DNA of 64,000 nt from Rhizaria sp. SCN 62-66 (lineage: Eukaryota): positions 1 to 64,000 of the forward strand of contig MEDY01000068.1 of the NCBI GenBank assembly GCA_001724265.1. The letters run 5' to 3'. A program made the position numbers and the translations under genes. The notes beneath the pieces are model-generated. The model had not been told where the DNA came from. It did no database searches and saw only the letters and a program-made list of their open reading frames with translations. Below are positions 1 through 12,177 of this stretch, one piece after another (the stretch's first letter is position 1; each line of letters starts with the position of its first letter).

Positions 1-1
1 C

Positions 2-94
2 CACGAGTACCAGCAGTACCAGGACGCCACCGCCGACGACGAGGAGTTCGAGGACGAGGAGGAGGCCGGTGCCGAGGCCCCCGAGGAGATGTAA
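2..94 (+). CDS. TUBB: beta-tubulin, C-terminal fragment (gene starts left of window)
   Basis: Frame 2 reads HEYQQYQDATADDEEFEDEEEAGAEAPEEM*. EYQQYQDATA plus an acidic tail is the beta-tubulin C-terminus. Stop TAA at 92-94. Confidence 0.95.
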   Translation, partial: HEYQQYQDATADDEEFEDEEEAGAEAPEEM

Positions 95-1028
95 ATTGCC
101 TAAACAGCTTTTTACGTATTTCCCCTCAAAACCATGTTGTCTAACACGCGACATCGCCGTTTGTGTTTCAAGCCAGCGCCGCTCTTTGTGAAAGCTCAGA
201 GTGTTTTACGCGGCTACTCAAGCGTGCATGTGAAGTGTGGTAGAGAACAACACATCAACAAACGAAGAAAAAATGTTCAATGCTCTGTCGCTTTGATGAT
301 GACCAGCAACTAACTGCGTGGGAGGCCCGGACGATGGGGCAGACTCACAGGTACGCAAGTATCTGTGACCGTTGTGCGAGATCGAGGACCGTTTCCGGCT
401 TAGTATGCGCCACAAATGTAGATAGATTTCCTTTATACTAGCAACGATTGATGCTAACAGCAATTATACATGTGCTTGCAGTGTGTGGTGTTGTGAGTGT
501 CAGCGTTGACTCTGATTTGAACCAAAATTTGCTTTGCTCACAATAGTGACTTTGTGCAGTAGCGGTGATGCTATTGAATACAGAACCATTATTTCAGTCT
601 CTTCTCTTCGCATCTCGATCACCATTTCTCAATTATTGCTTCCTGGCTAATGCGTTCTGCTGTATCGCTTTGGTTTCCTATGTGCTTTCTGGTGGTGTTT
701 TTTGTGTTTGCTGCATGAATGTTTTTGAGGGCACTGTTCAAATACAATAAACAAACAACAGTGCTTCGACGGAACTCTCCTACGGCCTTAGAAGAAATCG
801 ATTGTATCTTTATGAGACCATCGTCAACGGGGCTAAAAACACAACTGCGCAAATTATACTGAGTGTAAATATCTATATTTATAATTGTATTTCTTGTTTC
901 GCTGATATATCTCTCATACATTATCATTTGCGCCACCTTCGCTCACTCACTCAACTCCTCTCGTCCCGCAACCTTTCCCCACGCCTGTCCATCACCATCA
1001 TACTGCTTTTTCGCCAAAGAACGCCGCG

Positions 1029-1803
1029 ATGTCCCGCCGTAAGATTATGGAGAACTTTATGAACGAGTTCCCCGAGCCCGCGAGCGACGAAACGGTCGCC
1101 CGCATCGTTTCTTCCATGGGCAGCGAGCTCTTCACTGTCGAGATCCCGCTCGAGTCCCCCGGGTCGGCCGGCATCGCCATCCCTCAGGGCGGACGGCTGC
1201 CGCTGACTATTGCGCGCATGCCCGCCAGGTTTATGAACTTGATTTTTGTGCGTCAAGGCTCGCTCGTGATTGTCAAGGCCGCTACGGAGGCCATCCAGTC
1301 CTCCTCTGCTCGGTACGCTTCTACGTGACTTGCGTCATCGCTCACTTTGAACTACGATATCTCCGCAGAATGCCGCTTGGTTTTTCTCTTGAATATTAAA
1401 TAATGTGTTGTCTATCTATAACATTAGTTTGATGTACTCACGTGTTTATCTCTATGCTTTACTTGTGTTTGTTAGTGTCACGCACTCGATCACGCACATC
1501 CTTGCCGAGCAACACTCAAACCACTTGACGTACCGCAACCTGATGCCCGAGTGCTTCGTCACTCCGGCTATGCGCGCCTTTGCCGCCAAGCACTCCGCTG
1601 TCGTCGCCACAGCCGCCTCGCCCGCCGCCGAACGCTTCCTTCCCAACGACCACAACAACAATAATGACGATGATGAGGAGGATATGGATGCGATTCTGGG
1701 CGCGAATCCCAACCAGCGCCGGCGCAACTGCTGCGAGTCGTCGTCGTCGAGTGACGACGACGGCGACGACGAAGAGGATGAGGACGCTGAGAACGACGAG
1801 TGA
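1029..1803 (+). CDS. EIF1AD: eIF1A-domain (OB-fold) RNA-binding protein, 2 exons, ~203 aa
   Basis: Exons 1029-1312 and 1476-1803; GTACGC..TAG intron joins in frame. Motifs VARIVSSMGSELFTVE, ARMPARFMNLIFVRQGSLVIV and C-terminal NPNQRR plus acidic tail match the EIF1AD pattern. Confidence 0.8.
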
Positions 1804-2686
1804 GTTGAGTGAGCTTGCATAAGGAGCACGAAGACAACTGAAATACTAAGCGTCTGAGTTGACCGCATGAATCGTGTCTTTTTGCGACACCGCGCTGCTT
1901 CATGACAGATTACATAGAGGGTTATGTTATGGCCAAGTTTGGCGGTCATTAATGCTTGCTCTGTTGCGCTGTGCTGTGTTTCAAGCTGCACTTTCATGTT
2001 TCGAGCAATGACACATCCGAACGTCGAGGGCCACAGTACCGTCAGTCTAGATAATAAAAACTACATTTTCACATAGAATATTCTTGCATATATTTTGTGT
2101 TTGAGCTTGGCTTAAAATAATGATGATATAACTTGTCAAAATCTCAGTTTAGCGTGCCTCGCGTCGGTTTCTCGCTCTTGCGTCTGGCGACTAAAAGGAT
2201 TACTGGCCAGCCAGGTTGGTCAGCAGGCCAAGACAAGGGGGCCGGAAGACTTGCTTGAGCCTTGATATGACTGTACTGCCTGCATTCTCTGCAACGCACA
2301 TTTGATTAAATTCGATTTCATAGAACTGTATAACACGTCGGGTTTTTGTGCTTCTTTTTATGCCTATTGAGCTGCTGATTTCGCCCCGCTATATCATTTT
2401 CCGCTCACCCATTCCTCACTGCCCGACCACAATACCACTTCTCTGCGTCCTCCGCCCTGTGCCACCACTTGCCCCGCGTCTCAGACAGCACAAGCAACGC
2501 TTAAAGCCTCTTGTCTGTGCGTTTTTATTCCTCTGTAGCAAAGTTTCTTTCCCCTGAGGGTCTCTCTTGCTTCGCAGAAGTCCCATTTCTCCCCGCTGAG
2601 CATTCCCTCCCACGCCCACTTCGTCCTTTCTTACTAAACACTATCAGCGGTCGCCCTCAGCCCGTGTGCTTACCGCGTGACCCCCG

Positions 2687-5309
2687 ATGTACCCGCACCC
2701 GCCCGCCGGTGCGTACCCGCAGTCCCAGCCCCCGCCACGCACGCCTCAGCGCACCCCGGTCCAGCCTCAGCAGCAGCAGCAGCAGCAGCACACTCCCCAA
2801 CAGCAGCCTCAGTACCAGCAGTACCAGCAGCAGCAGCAGCAGCAGCAGCTGCAGCCTTTGCCCCAACACTACCAGCAGCATCAGCAGCAGCAGCAAGGCT
2901 ACCCTCCCCAGCAGCAGTACTATCATCAACAGCAGCCTCAGCAGCAGCAGTACAACGCTGCCCCCGCCGTCTACGGCATGCCCCCGGCCCAGTCCCCCCT
3001 GCGCACCCCTAGCAACAACAACAACAACAATAACCTAAACGTCAACACCAACAACACCACCAGCGGCATCTCCACCACGTCCCGCGCCGCCGGCGCCGCT
3101 CCCAACCCCGGCACTGACCCCGTCACTGCCCAGGCCGCCGCCGCCGGTATTCACGTTGTAAGTACCCCCCTTACATCCCCCACTCACCCCCACTTCAGCA
3201 ACGCCAACAGCGGCACCGGCGGCTACAACACGAACGCGAATGCAGTTGTTTCTTCTTCCTCCAGCAGCGCCAACGCGCAGAACGTCAGCGGCGGCGGCAG
3301 TGGCAGCGGTGACGTCGACCAACACCAAATCCTCCTCGTCCGCGTCAAAAAGCCGGCTACCGCGAACAACAACACCGACAACAGCTCCGTTGACAGCGTG
3401 TCCCGCAGTCGCAGCGTCTCCCAGACTCACCCCCAGCAGCAGCAGCAGCTGCAGCAGACCCCGAGTCACGGCAACGCCAACGCCAGCGAGCACAACAGCG
3501 ACTACAACAACAACAACAACGATACGTCCCTCGTAAACGCCAACGACAACAACAACGACGGCCAGGGCAACGAGAACTGCGTTGAAGACGATGACTTTGT
3601 CGTCCGCAAGCTCAAGGTGTTCCCCGAGCTGATCGGCAAGGGCAAGTTCGGCAACGTCTTTGCCGCGCAGCTCAACGACACCATCGGCACCCTGTACGCC
3701 GTGAAGCGTGTCAAGATGACGTCGGCTATGCCGGAAGCCACGCGTACCAAGTGCTTCAACGAAGTGACGCTGCTGCAGGCGCTGTCACACCCCAATATCG
3801 TCGCCTGTCTTGACGCGTTCTTCGATCGGGACAGCGAGGAGCTCGTTATCGTCCTCGGTACGCAAATATACGAGTTTGAACAGTTTTACTAAATGTGACT
3901 CTGCTGTTGTGCTTAATATCGTCAAACTAGCTCAATTTTGAATACCACTATGTAATGATGATAACTTAACGCATATATCTTAAATCAATAATCACATGAC
4001 TTTATCTTTGTGCTTTATTCGTTCCGTACATTATTTTGTTTGCTTCACCGCACATCAACAGAGATGGTTGAGGGTGGCGACCTCAAGGAGCTGATCCGCG
4101 AAATGCGCAGCAACCGGCGCAAGTTCACCGAGAAGCGTGTGTGGATGATTCTCGAGTCCATGGCCGCCGCTCTGGGCTACATGCACTCGCAGCGCATCCT
4201 ACACCGTGACCTCAAGTCCGGCAATGTCCTTCTCGGCCGCGACGCTCGGTACGTCAGAACAAAGCCACACTTATCCAATCGCGAGAATAGTAAAATTTAT
4301 TGTGATATACTGTGTTTTCAAATTATAATATTAAAAAAATATTGTGCTTCATACCTCACTTAGAGACCTCGGTGTGAATATCTGCATTTCTTCTTTTTTT
4401 CGGTCTCCACCCTTGCTTCCGCGCGCACGCAGCGTCAAGATCGCCGACTTCGGTCTGGGCCGCCTGGTCGAGGGCGACGGCACCTTTGCCGCGGCCTCCA
4501 AGGTCGGCACGCCGCTGTACATGCCGCCCGAGATCCTCCGCGGCGAGCGCTACGGCCCCAAAGCCGACGTCTACAGCTTCGGCTGTGTCATGTACGAGGT
4601 GTGCCTGTTCGTGACGCCGTTCGACCAGACTGCCTCGGGGGCCAAGATCACGCTCATGCAACTCTTCGATCTGATCAAGGCGGGCCGGTTCCCGCCGATC
4701 ACGCCCCACAACACCGGCTACAGCCCGAAGCTCTGCGCGCTCATCATGCGGATGCTGGCCATGAACCCGGCGGACCGGCCGAGCATGGCTGAGCTGCAGG
4801 CGATCGCTGGCGAAGAGGTGGTTGCGCGCAAGAAGGCGGTCGACGCAGCCAAGGCCGCCGCGCTCGCTCAGCAGCAGCAGCAGCAGGCTCAGCTACAGCA
4901 GCAGCAGTATGGTAACATCAACCTCACCGTGAACGCCAACGCTAACTACGCCGCCGCCGCCGCCGCCGCCGCTGCTGCTGCTGCCGCCAGTCCGGCGCCT
5001 GTGCCTGCGCCGGTGGTGCGGCTGAGCAGCGAGGAGAAGGCGCGGATCCGACAATCTGAGCTCGGCGCGAGCAAGCGCAACAACGTCCTCGGCGCTAACA
5101 ACAATCTCGCTGATAACCACGGCAATGTGGGCGTGGTGGCCAGTGCCAAGGGTGAGGTTGTGATGGGCAAGGCGATCGACGGGCTTGCGTATAACAACAA
5201 CGCGGTTGCGGGGAGCAACTTCCAGCAGCAGCAACAGTTGTTGCAGCAACAGCAGCAGCAGCAGAGGCTGGTTGATGGGATGCGGGGGATGAATCTTCAC
5301 CAGCAGTGA
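2687..5309 (+). CDS. NIMA-related (NEK family) Ser/Thr kinase with polyQ/polyN N-terminus, 3 exons, ~744 aa
   Basis: Exons 2687-3857, 4062-4248, 4433-5309. Motifs IGKGKFGNV, YAVKRV, EVTLLQALSHPNIV, LEMVEGGDL, HRDLKSGNV, DFG, VGTPLYMPPE, ADVYSFGCVMYE are NEK-like (closest in style to NEK6/7/2). Confidence 0.88.
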
Positions 5310-5831
5310 GTGAATGAATAATGTGTTTCTGTATATATCTCTTTGCTTTATCCGTTTGAGTGGGAAATTATCTTGTTTCGGTGTATAGTTTGCTCTTAAT
5401 TATTACACGCTTGAGTTTTTAACTCGAGTTTTTAACTCCATCTGTGAGTTTCTGTGTCTTGGTTTCCTATCATCTACCCATGTTTGGACTGACAACGCTA
5501 TTCGCTCTAGCCACTTGGGCCTTCGTCTGCTGTCTGTTTGAAGAGACTGTGTGGATGCGAATGATCGTTAGATTGAATAAAATGAGCACCCTTGTACGAT
5601 TAACTTGATATTGGATCACCTGCGAAATTCAATGTTTTGAATGATTAACTAAGGTCGTCAAATACGTATCTGAAATTTTCCACTCACCACACGCGCTTGA
5701 CTATTGCTCCCACGACTTTTCATCGACTCTACAGCAGCACAAGTAGCTTCACTGCAACTGTCTGTACACGCATAGATAGACATAGACATTGGTAATTCTT
5801 TGGAAAATCTTTTTTTTATAAACACTCTGAT

Positions 5832-6626
5832 ATGAGCTCGGCACTGCCTCAACAACAGCAGGGGCAACCGCCGCCTCCGCAAAGCCAATTCTACCAACAG
5901 CAACAGCAACAGCAACAGCAGCACACCAGCCTTGATCCCTCGTACAACGGCCCTGCTGCCCCTACGCACGACCAGCAACAGCAGCAGCACAGCGGCAGTG
6001 CTGTTTTGCACGAGCACAGTGTGATCTCATCGCGGATCACGGCGATTGAGCGAAACATCTTGTGTCTCGTCACTGCTCAGAGGCACCTTGGCCGTTCCCT
6101 CAAAAAGTTATCTAACTCAGTTGCATTCAACGCCACAATCACCAACAGCACTAACAAGAGTGCGAGCAGTGCTGTTGAGGGGGGTGCTGCTGCGTCTAAT
6201 GGGGGGTCGAGCAAGTCCAAGTACTCGAAGAGTTCTCGCGGTCGCCACAGTGACGACCACGATGACAGCGTCAGCAACAGCAACAGCAGCGACGACGGCG
6301 GCGATGACGGCGACGATGACAGCAACACGGATTGCAGCAGCAGTACTCGTCCCGCTAACAACAACAACACTCACACGGCTGACATCGGTGACACCAGTGA
6401 GTTCGCGAGTGCCTTGTCCTCCCTCGAAGTGACCGTTAGCGCCCACGCCTCGGCCCTCGCAACCCTCACCTCGGCCGCTGCTGCCGCGGCCGCCTCCGCC
6501 GCCGCCAGCCACAAGGCCGCCGCGGCTGCCAGGGCCCAGAGTGAAGCCACTCTGGCTGCGCTAGCGGAGACTGTGACAGCGCAAAACGCACGCCTCCTTG
6601 CTCTTGAGTCGCTACTCTTCACCTCC

Positions 6627-6691
<65 letters not shown>

Positions 6692-8009
6692 CGCTAATGC
6701 GAATCTTAATGCCAATCCGAGTGGCAATAGCGATTCTGGCGCTAGCGGTGGCGATATGTCGCTTGCGCAACAGCAGCTTCACCACAGCACGAGCAACGGA
6801 AACGCCAACAACACTGCGCCTAACAGTGGTGGCAACAATGGCAACGGTTTCTATAGCGTTGTGCTGGACAACAGCGACGGCACCGGTGGCGGCCTAACTT
6901 TGCTGCACGGCCCAGACGGCTCGAGCACGGCCGTGAGCAATGGCAGCGGCAGCGGCAACGGCAGCGGCAGCGGCAGTGATGTCAGTGCCAACGGCAGTGA
7001 TGCCGCGGCTGCCGCGAACAACAGCGTACTCGTCACTGTTCTCTCCTTCTTTGGGTACTCAAGCCTCACGGAAGCCCTGGGTTCCCCGCTGCTGTATAGC
7101 TTAGTCGCAGGTGTTCTATTCCTCGTCGGGACTGTCTTGACTTGTATCACGTCGTTGAGGCGTTATTTCAGTGGCAACTCGTATATGACCTCAACGACAA
7201 CAACGATCAATAGCAGCGTGAACGCCAACAGCTTGAATACGGGCGACACTGGCAGCTACAACATCGCCAACATGAACGCTAACATGAACTTCAACCTGAA
7301 TAATAACAATAATAATGCTGCTAATCCCAATAATGACAACAGCGCGAACCAACTACAGCTGCAGCAGCAGCAGCAGCATAATGCAAACACGGGCAATAGT
7401 CGTACAAGTAGTAGCACCGTTGCCAATGTGCTGTCCCCCTTAGCCTACAACAAGGGCGCCCTGTTGGGCAGTCTAAGTACTTCCGTCGGACTAAGTGGCA
7501 CCTCGGGCTCAAATGTAAGTGGCGCGGCTGGCGGCTCCTCGGCTGTGAACGCCGCGACTGTGGGAAGGCTTGTATCGAAGGGCATTGGTGCCGTGCTGCA
7601 AGCAAACAACATCAACAACAATAACACCAATGACAACACCAACACCAACATCAACATCAACAACGCCCGTAACACCAATGATGCCAATCCTAACAACAAC
7701 AATAACTCCGTCAATGCGAGTGCTAATGCTGCTAGCGTGGGCGTTCATCATATCGCCGCGCCCCCGACCGCTAGTGTGGCCATGGGCGGTGCTGTCGGTG
7801 GGGGCGCCAGCGGCAACAACCGCCTTTTGGCGTTGGTGACGTCAGGTGCAGTGCCGCTGCCTGGCTCAACCATCAGCAACAACGCCAACGTTGGTGGCAC
7901 CTCTGCGCTTAATACGTCGAATGTGGGTGCTGTTAATGCTGGCAATGTGAATAATAGCAAGAAGAAGGTTGCGAATGTTGTGTATCGCAGCAACAAGCTC
8001 ACAAAGTAA
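5832..8009 (+). CDS. uncharacterised intronless low-complexity (Q/N/S/A/G) protein with coiled coils and a probable TM helix, 725 aa
   Basis: Long ATG-to-TAA ORF with triplet repeats held in frame. Amphipathic segments (SRITAIERNIL, LAETVTAQNARLLALESL) and hydrophobic PLLYSLVAGVLFLVGTVLTCI near 7085-7150. Confidence 0.7.
6627..6692 (+). repeat. (AAC)22 coding microsatellite (poly-Asn)
   Basis: Perfect AAC run read directly from the sequence. Confidence 0.95.
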
Positions 8010-8488
8010 CTCTTCGCACAAGCGAGTTAACATAGCATTCTACTTTTTACTTGATTGATACTACTTAGTCAATATATACCTACATATCGCAGCACGTACG
8101 TGTGCTGATTTATTTGAATAACCACGCATACACTTTGATTCACCTTCTTATGTGCCTGCAAACTATCGACAAACTCACACGTCTGGTTGGGTGAGAGTTT
8201 ATGAGATATCTCAACCATATCGCTGTATTGCGTAAATATAAACATAAATATCACTAAAGCTCGTCGTGTGCGTGTTATTATCGCCTCTATTTCTATATAA
8301 CATCTTAAACTCAACAAAGACACATTGTACACGCAAGTCACGCTGCAAGGAGCGGCGTGAGTATGTTAACAACAGAAACTGTCTCAGTCCTGTGTTTCGC
8401 TTCTATATCCCGCTATCCCGCTTTCCCACCGTAAATCCGTAGGTAGAAACGACGCTCGGTAGATATAAATCGAAAGCCCCATCGTAAA

Positions 8489-8581
8489 TCAATCCCTCTT
8501 CCTCACGTCGACCACGGTCACCGCCGCGCCGCTAATACTCCCGCTCTTATTCTTCCGCGCAGAGCCGCCCCCGCAGCAGCG

Positions 8582-8612
<31 letters not shown>

Positions 8613-11600
8613 CACAGCGACTGCACCACGCGGTACAAAACGAAGAAAATGACGCCCCAGATGAGCAGGACGTCCGCCCCCCACCACTGCCAGCCCTCCC
8701 AGCCCTCGTCCCGCGGCACGAGCACGCCGACACCGTCGCCGAGCCCGCCGCAGCCGTAGCCAAGCGCGCCGACTCCAGGGCTCGCGCCGCGGCCGGGGGC
8801 GGCTCCCGCGGCGTCGGCGCCACGCGCACAGCCCAGCAGCGGGTCCATATGGGCGCCGTCTAAGGGGGTACTTACACTGTTGAGGGCGGCGGCGAGCGCG
8901 CCGGCGCCCGGCTCGGTGGCGCCCTGTTTATCGTAGTAGTTAACGGTCGATATACCCGTCGCGGACTGGGTGAACACAGTCAGCGGGGGCACGTTCTGCT
9001 GCTTCGTCGCGTCCGCAACAGTGGACTTAAGGTAAGCCGCACGGGCGCGCCTACGAGATGAGAGAAAACAAAAACAAAAATCAGTATAAAGTTAGCAACA
9101 GAATCACCTCAAAACGGACAGATACCAGCATAGATCATTGCGAATAAAACTAAAATGTGGCAATAACAGATAAAATATACATGTTTCCAATAATATAATC
9201 GTTCAAGTCTAAGTATCAACAATCAATCATCTCAAACTGTCTCTTTTGTGTAGTTTTGTGGTGGCATGAATCGTACCTAGCGTCGAGGTGCGAGTACGCC
9301 GCGAACTGCACCAAGTCAACGGCCCGAGGCGTGCCGCCAGCCAGCTGCATCGCCCGCTGCACGGCCGCGCCGCGCGCGCGCGTGACCGGATCCTGCGCCG
9401 CCGCCACCAGCGCCGAGAACGCCGCCGCGTAGTGCGGGGCCACTGCGGTGTGTTTATGCAGATACAGCCCGAGCCCAGCGTCCCGCACGCGCTGCGCCAT
9501 GTCAAGCTGGTCGCCGAACATCGGGATACACAGCAGCTGCACGCGGCCGCCTGCCGCCAGCGCTGTTTCGCTCGCGCTGTTGATTCCGCAGTGCGATATG
9601 AAGATGTGCGTGTTCCGGTGTGACAGCACACCGAGCTGGGACGACACCCAGGGCACGGCGCGCAGCGCGCGGGAAGTTAGGCCGCCAGGAAAGGAAGTTA
9701 GGTCGCCGGCACGAGCGGATAAGCCGCGGAACTGAGCCTCAATATCAGCAACATTGTTGTTGCTATTGTTGCTACGGCTCTTAATGAGAGTAAGCGCCTC
9801 GGTGTAAGTGTCGGGGTTACTGAGAATGGAGGTGATCGTCTCTTGCTGCTGCTTATCAGCTTTCCAGAGCAAGCGCAGTCCCTTAGACTTCTTGTGTTGC
9901 TTTTTAGACGCCGCTTGAGTCGTACTTAGATCCATGCCAGAGGCAAGAGCACCGATCAAGATCGAGCGGGTCTGATTGAAGTTAAGCCGTGCAAGGGTAC
10001 CCATACTAATGAAGACAACAGCATCATCATCGTTATTAGTAGCGCTATTGTCGCCGTTGTTGTTGTTGTTGTTGTTGTTGTTGATGATGATGTTATCGTC
10101 AGTGTGTCCCTGATTGAACCACTCCAAATCCTCTTGAGATAACAACTGATCCTTCGTATAAGCAGACCTAGCATTGGTATTGGCACTACTGGCCGAGGAA
10201 TCTAAGGGGGTACTTAGACTAAGCTGTGTAAGTGCTTGCTGGTCCTGTGCAGAGATGCAAGGACCCACTAAATGCACATGAGGAGGCACAGGCCTACGAA
10301 AAGCAACAACAACAAAACAAAAACGCAATTATATGCACAAGAAAATATCATTAGAAACCAAACATAGTTATGACATATGTCTATCTTGATCAAAAATGAC
10401 ATAATATAAATTAATTTTAAAATAGCGATATATAAGGCGTCAAATCCTTGTTTTGGAGAGCTTACCGCGGCGACTCGAGCCCCCAGGCCGTGTTCTGGAT
10501 CACCATCACACCGGTCTGCGCCCGCAGTAGGTCCACGGGCACAGTCAGCGCCGGACTGGCCGTGGCGCGCGCCTGGTTCAGACTAGCGCCGAAGCGGGCC
10601 GTGACGAGCGCGGAGACGAGGAGCCGCAACGGGGGGCCCACCACGCGTTCCACGAGTGCCGCGTACCCGCTGCCCAATGAATGCAGCGAATGCGGGTCGC
10701 GAAACATCATCGGCACGGCGTCGGTCGGCGGCAGCGTGCGCGGGGACAGCACGTAGAGCAGGTCCGCGTTGTTCAGAACGAGGGGGATGTCGAAATAATG
10801 GGCGATGTCGGTGCCGGAACTCGTCATGATGTCATTCACTAGGATATCGATCGGGTAACGCATGAGATTACTCGTGGGGTCAAGCGTTCCAACAGCAGCA
10901 GAAGCAACAGCAGCGCTAGCCGTATTGTTCTTGTGATCCTTGTGATTGTTGTTGCTGTTGTTGTAATAGTGGTGGAAAGGAGTTTGTTGGAGAATTGCGT
11001 GTAATGCGGTGAACATACACGGGTTAGTGCTGTAAATCCAGTTAAAAACAAGCGTGGATGACGTCGCGGCGTCAGCTTCGGCGACAGCAGCAGCAATCAT
11101 GCGTTTGAAGTCATCAGACTCCTCCTTACACTCGCCAGTGACAACAAGCTCAACCCTACAAAAATCCGCGGTTTAAGACAAAGATAGTATCATATAAGAA
11201 CAGCGTTTGGATATGAGATGCTGATTTTAATAAAGTGCCTTGACGTGTTAGTTTGTCAATATAAACTCAATTTTAGTCCTATAGCTGTAATTTAGGGGCT
11301 AAATGAAAGCAAGGTGTGTGCTTGCATGCACTCGCACGGAGACAAGTTCTAAGCATCATAACAGAGTCAAATCAAAATGATACTTTGCATTTTAATAGAC
11401 TGTGTAGTCTTCTTTGTTATAAACTTACTGCGGATGTTTGTGCTTGCGGACATAAGCCTCCGCGGCGGCGGCGGTGGTGACCGTGGCGCGGTGTCCGCGG
11501 CGCACTGCCTCCTCGGCCTGCGCCAGCAGAGGGTTAATGTGCCCCGGAAGCGGGATAGAGTGAAACATAATGTGCAATGGCCGGTCTGCGGTCGCGGAAG

Positions 11601-11709
11601 CGGTGCTAGCACAGCAGATAGCAAGAGCGAGCATGAGCAGCTGAAGCAGGAGCACCGGCCGCGGCTGCGCGGCAGACGTCACGCTCTGCGGTCCGCCGAG
11701 ACCGCGCAT
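8489..11709 (-). CDS. UDP-glycosyltransferase (GT1/UGT family), signal peptide and C-terminal TM, 4 exons, ~849 aa
   Basis: Exons 11709-11429, 11155-10466, 10293-9277, 9050-8489 splice in frame. PLPGHINP (catalytic His), RGHRATV, ESPRPVPPHVHLVGP, FISMGT and the UGT signature WVSSQLGVLSH..FISHCGINS..IPMFGDQ are present. Confidence 0.9.
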
Positions 11710-12177
11710 TCTACAGCCATACAACAAGTGCACGGGGTGAACAAATGAGATATAAGTTTGAACTGGCAATTAAACATGTATCATCTGGGTCTTGATGTGT
11801 GTGACGGATTATGGAGTGCGATAGAGACATGAAGTTTATCGCAGTCGTCGCCCCAGTCTGATCGAACTCGGACTAAAAGGATTACTTCGCCCGAGTGCCA
11901 ACGTTTTTCTCCAACGTCTCTCATGGTTAGTCTGCCGGGTGCTGATTCAAAATACCCCTACTCGCGACGATTATGCGTTCTTGTCACATCGTTGTTACGT
12001 GATATTACACGCATATTCGATCTGTCTGCCATGTCTTCTTGCATATTTTCACTTTAAAATCCCCTCAATCCCCGCGCAACTTCCCCAACTATCCCCCTCT
12101 TCCCCGTCCCCAGCCCCCCCTACCCGACCCAACCAGCCCTCCGTCCGCGCGCTCTCAGCTGCCTCCCCGCCCCCCGC

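Noticed and set aside
340-360. Strong donor-like CAG|GTACGC at 351
   Set aside because: No supporting ORF upstream; it could be a 5'UTR donor for EIF1AD, but the intron would be far longer than any other here.
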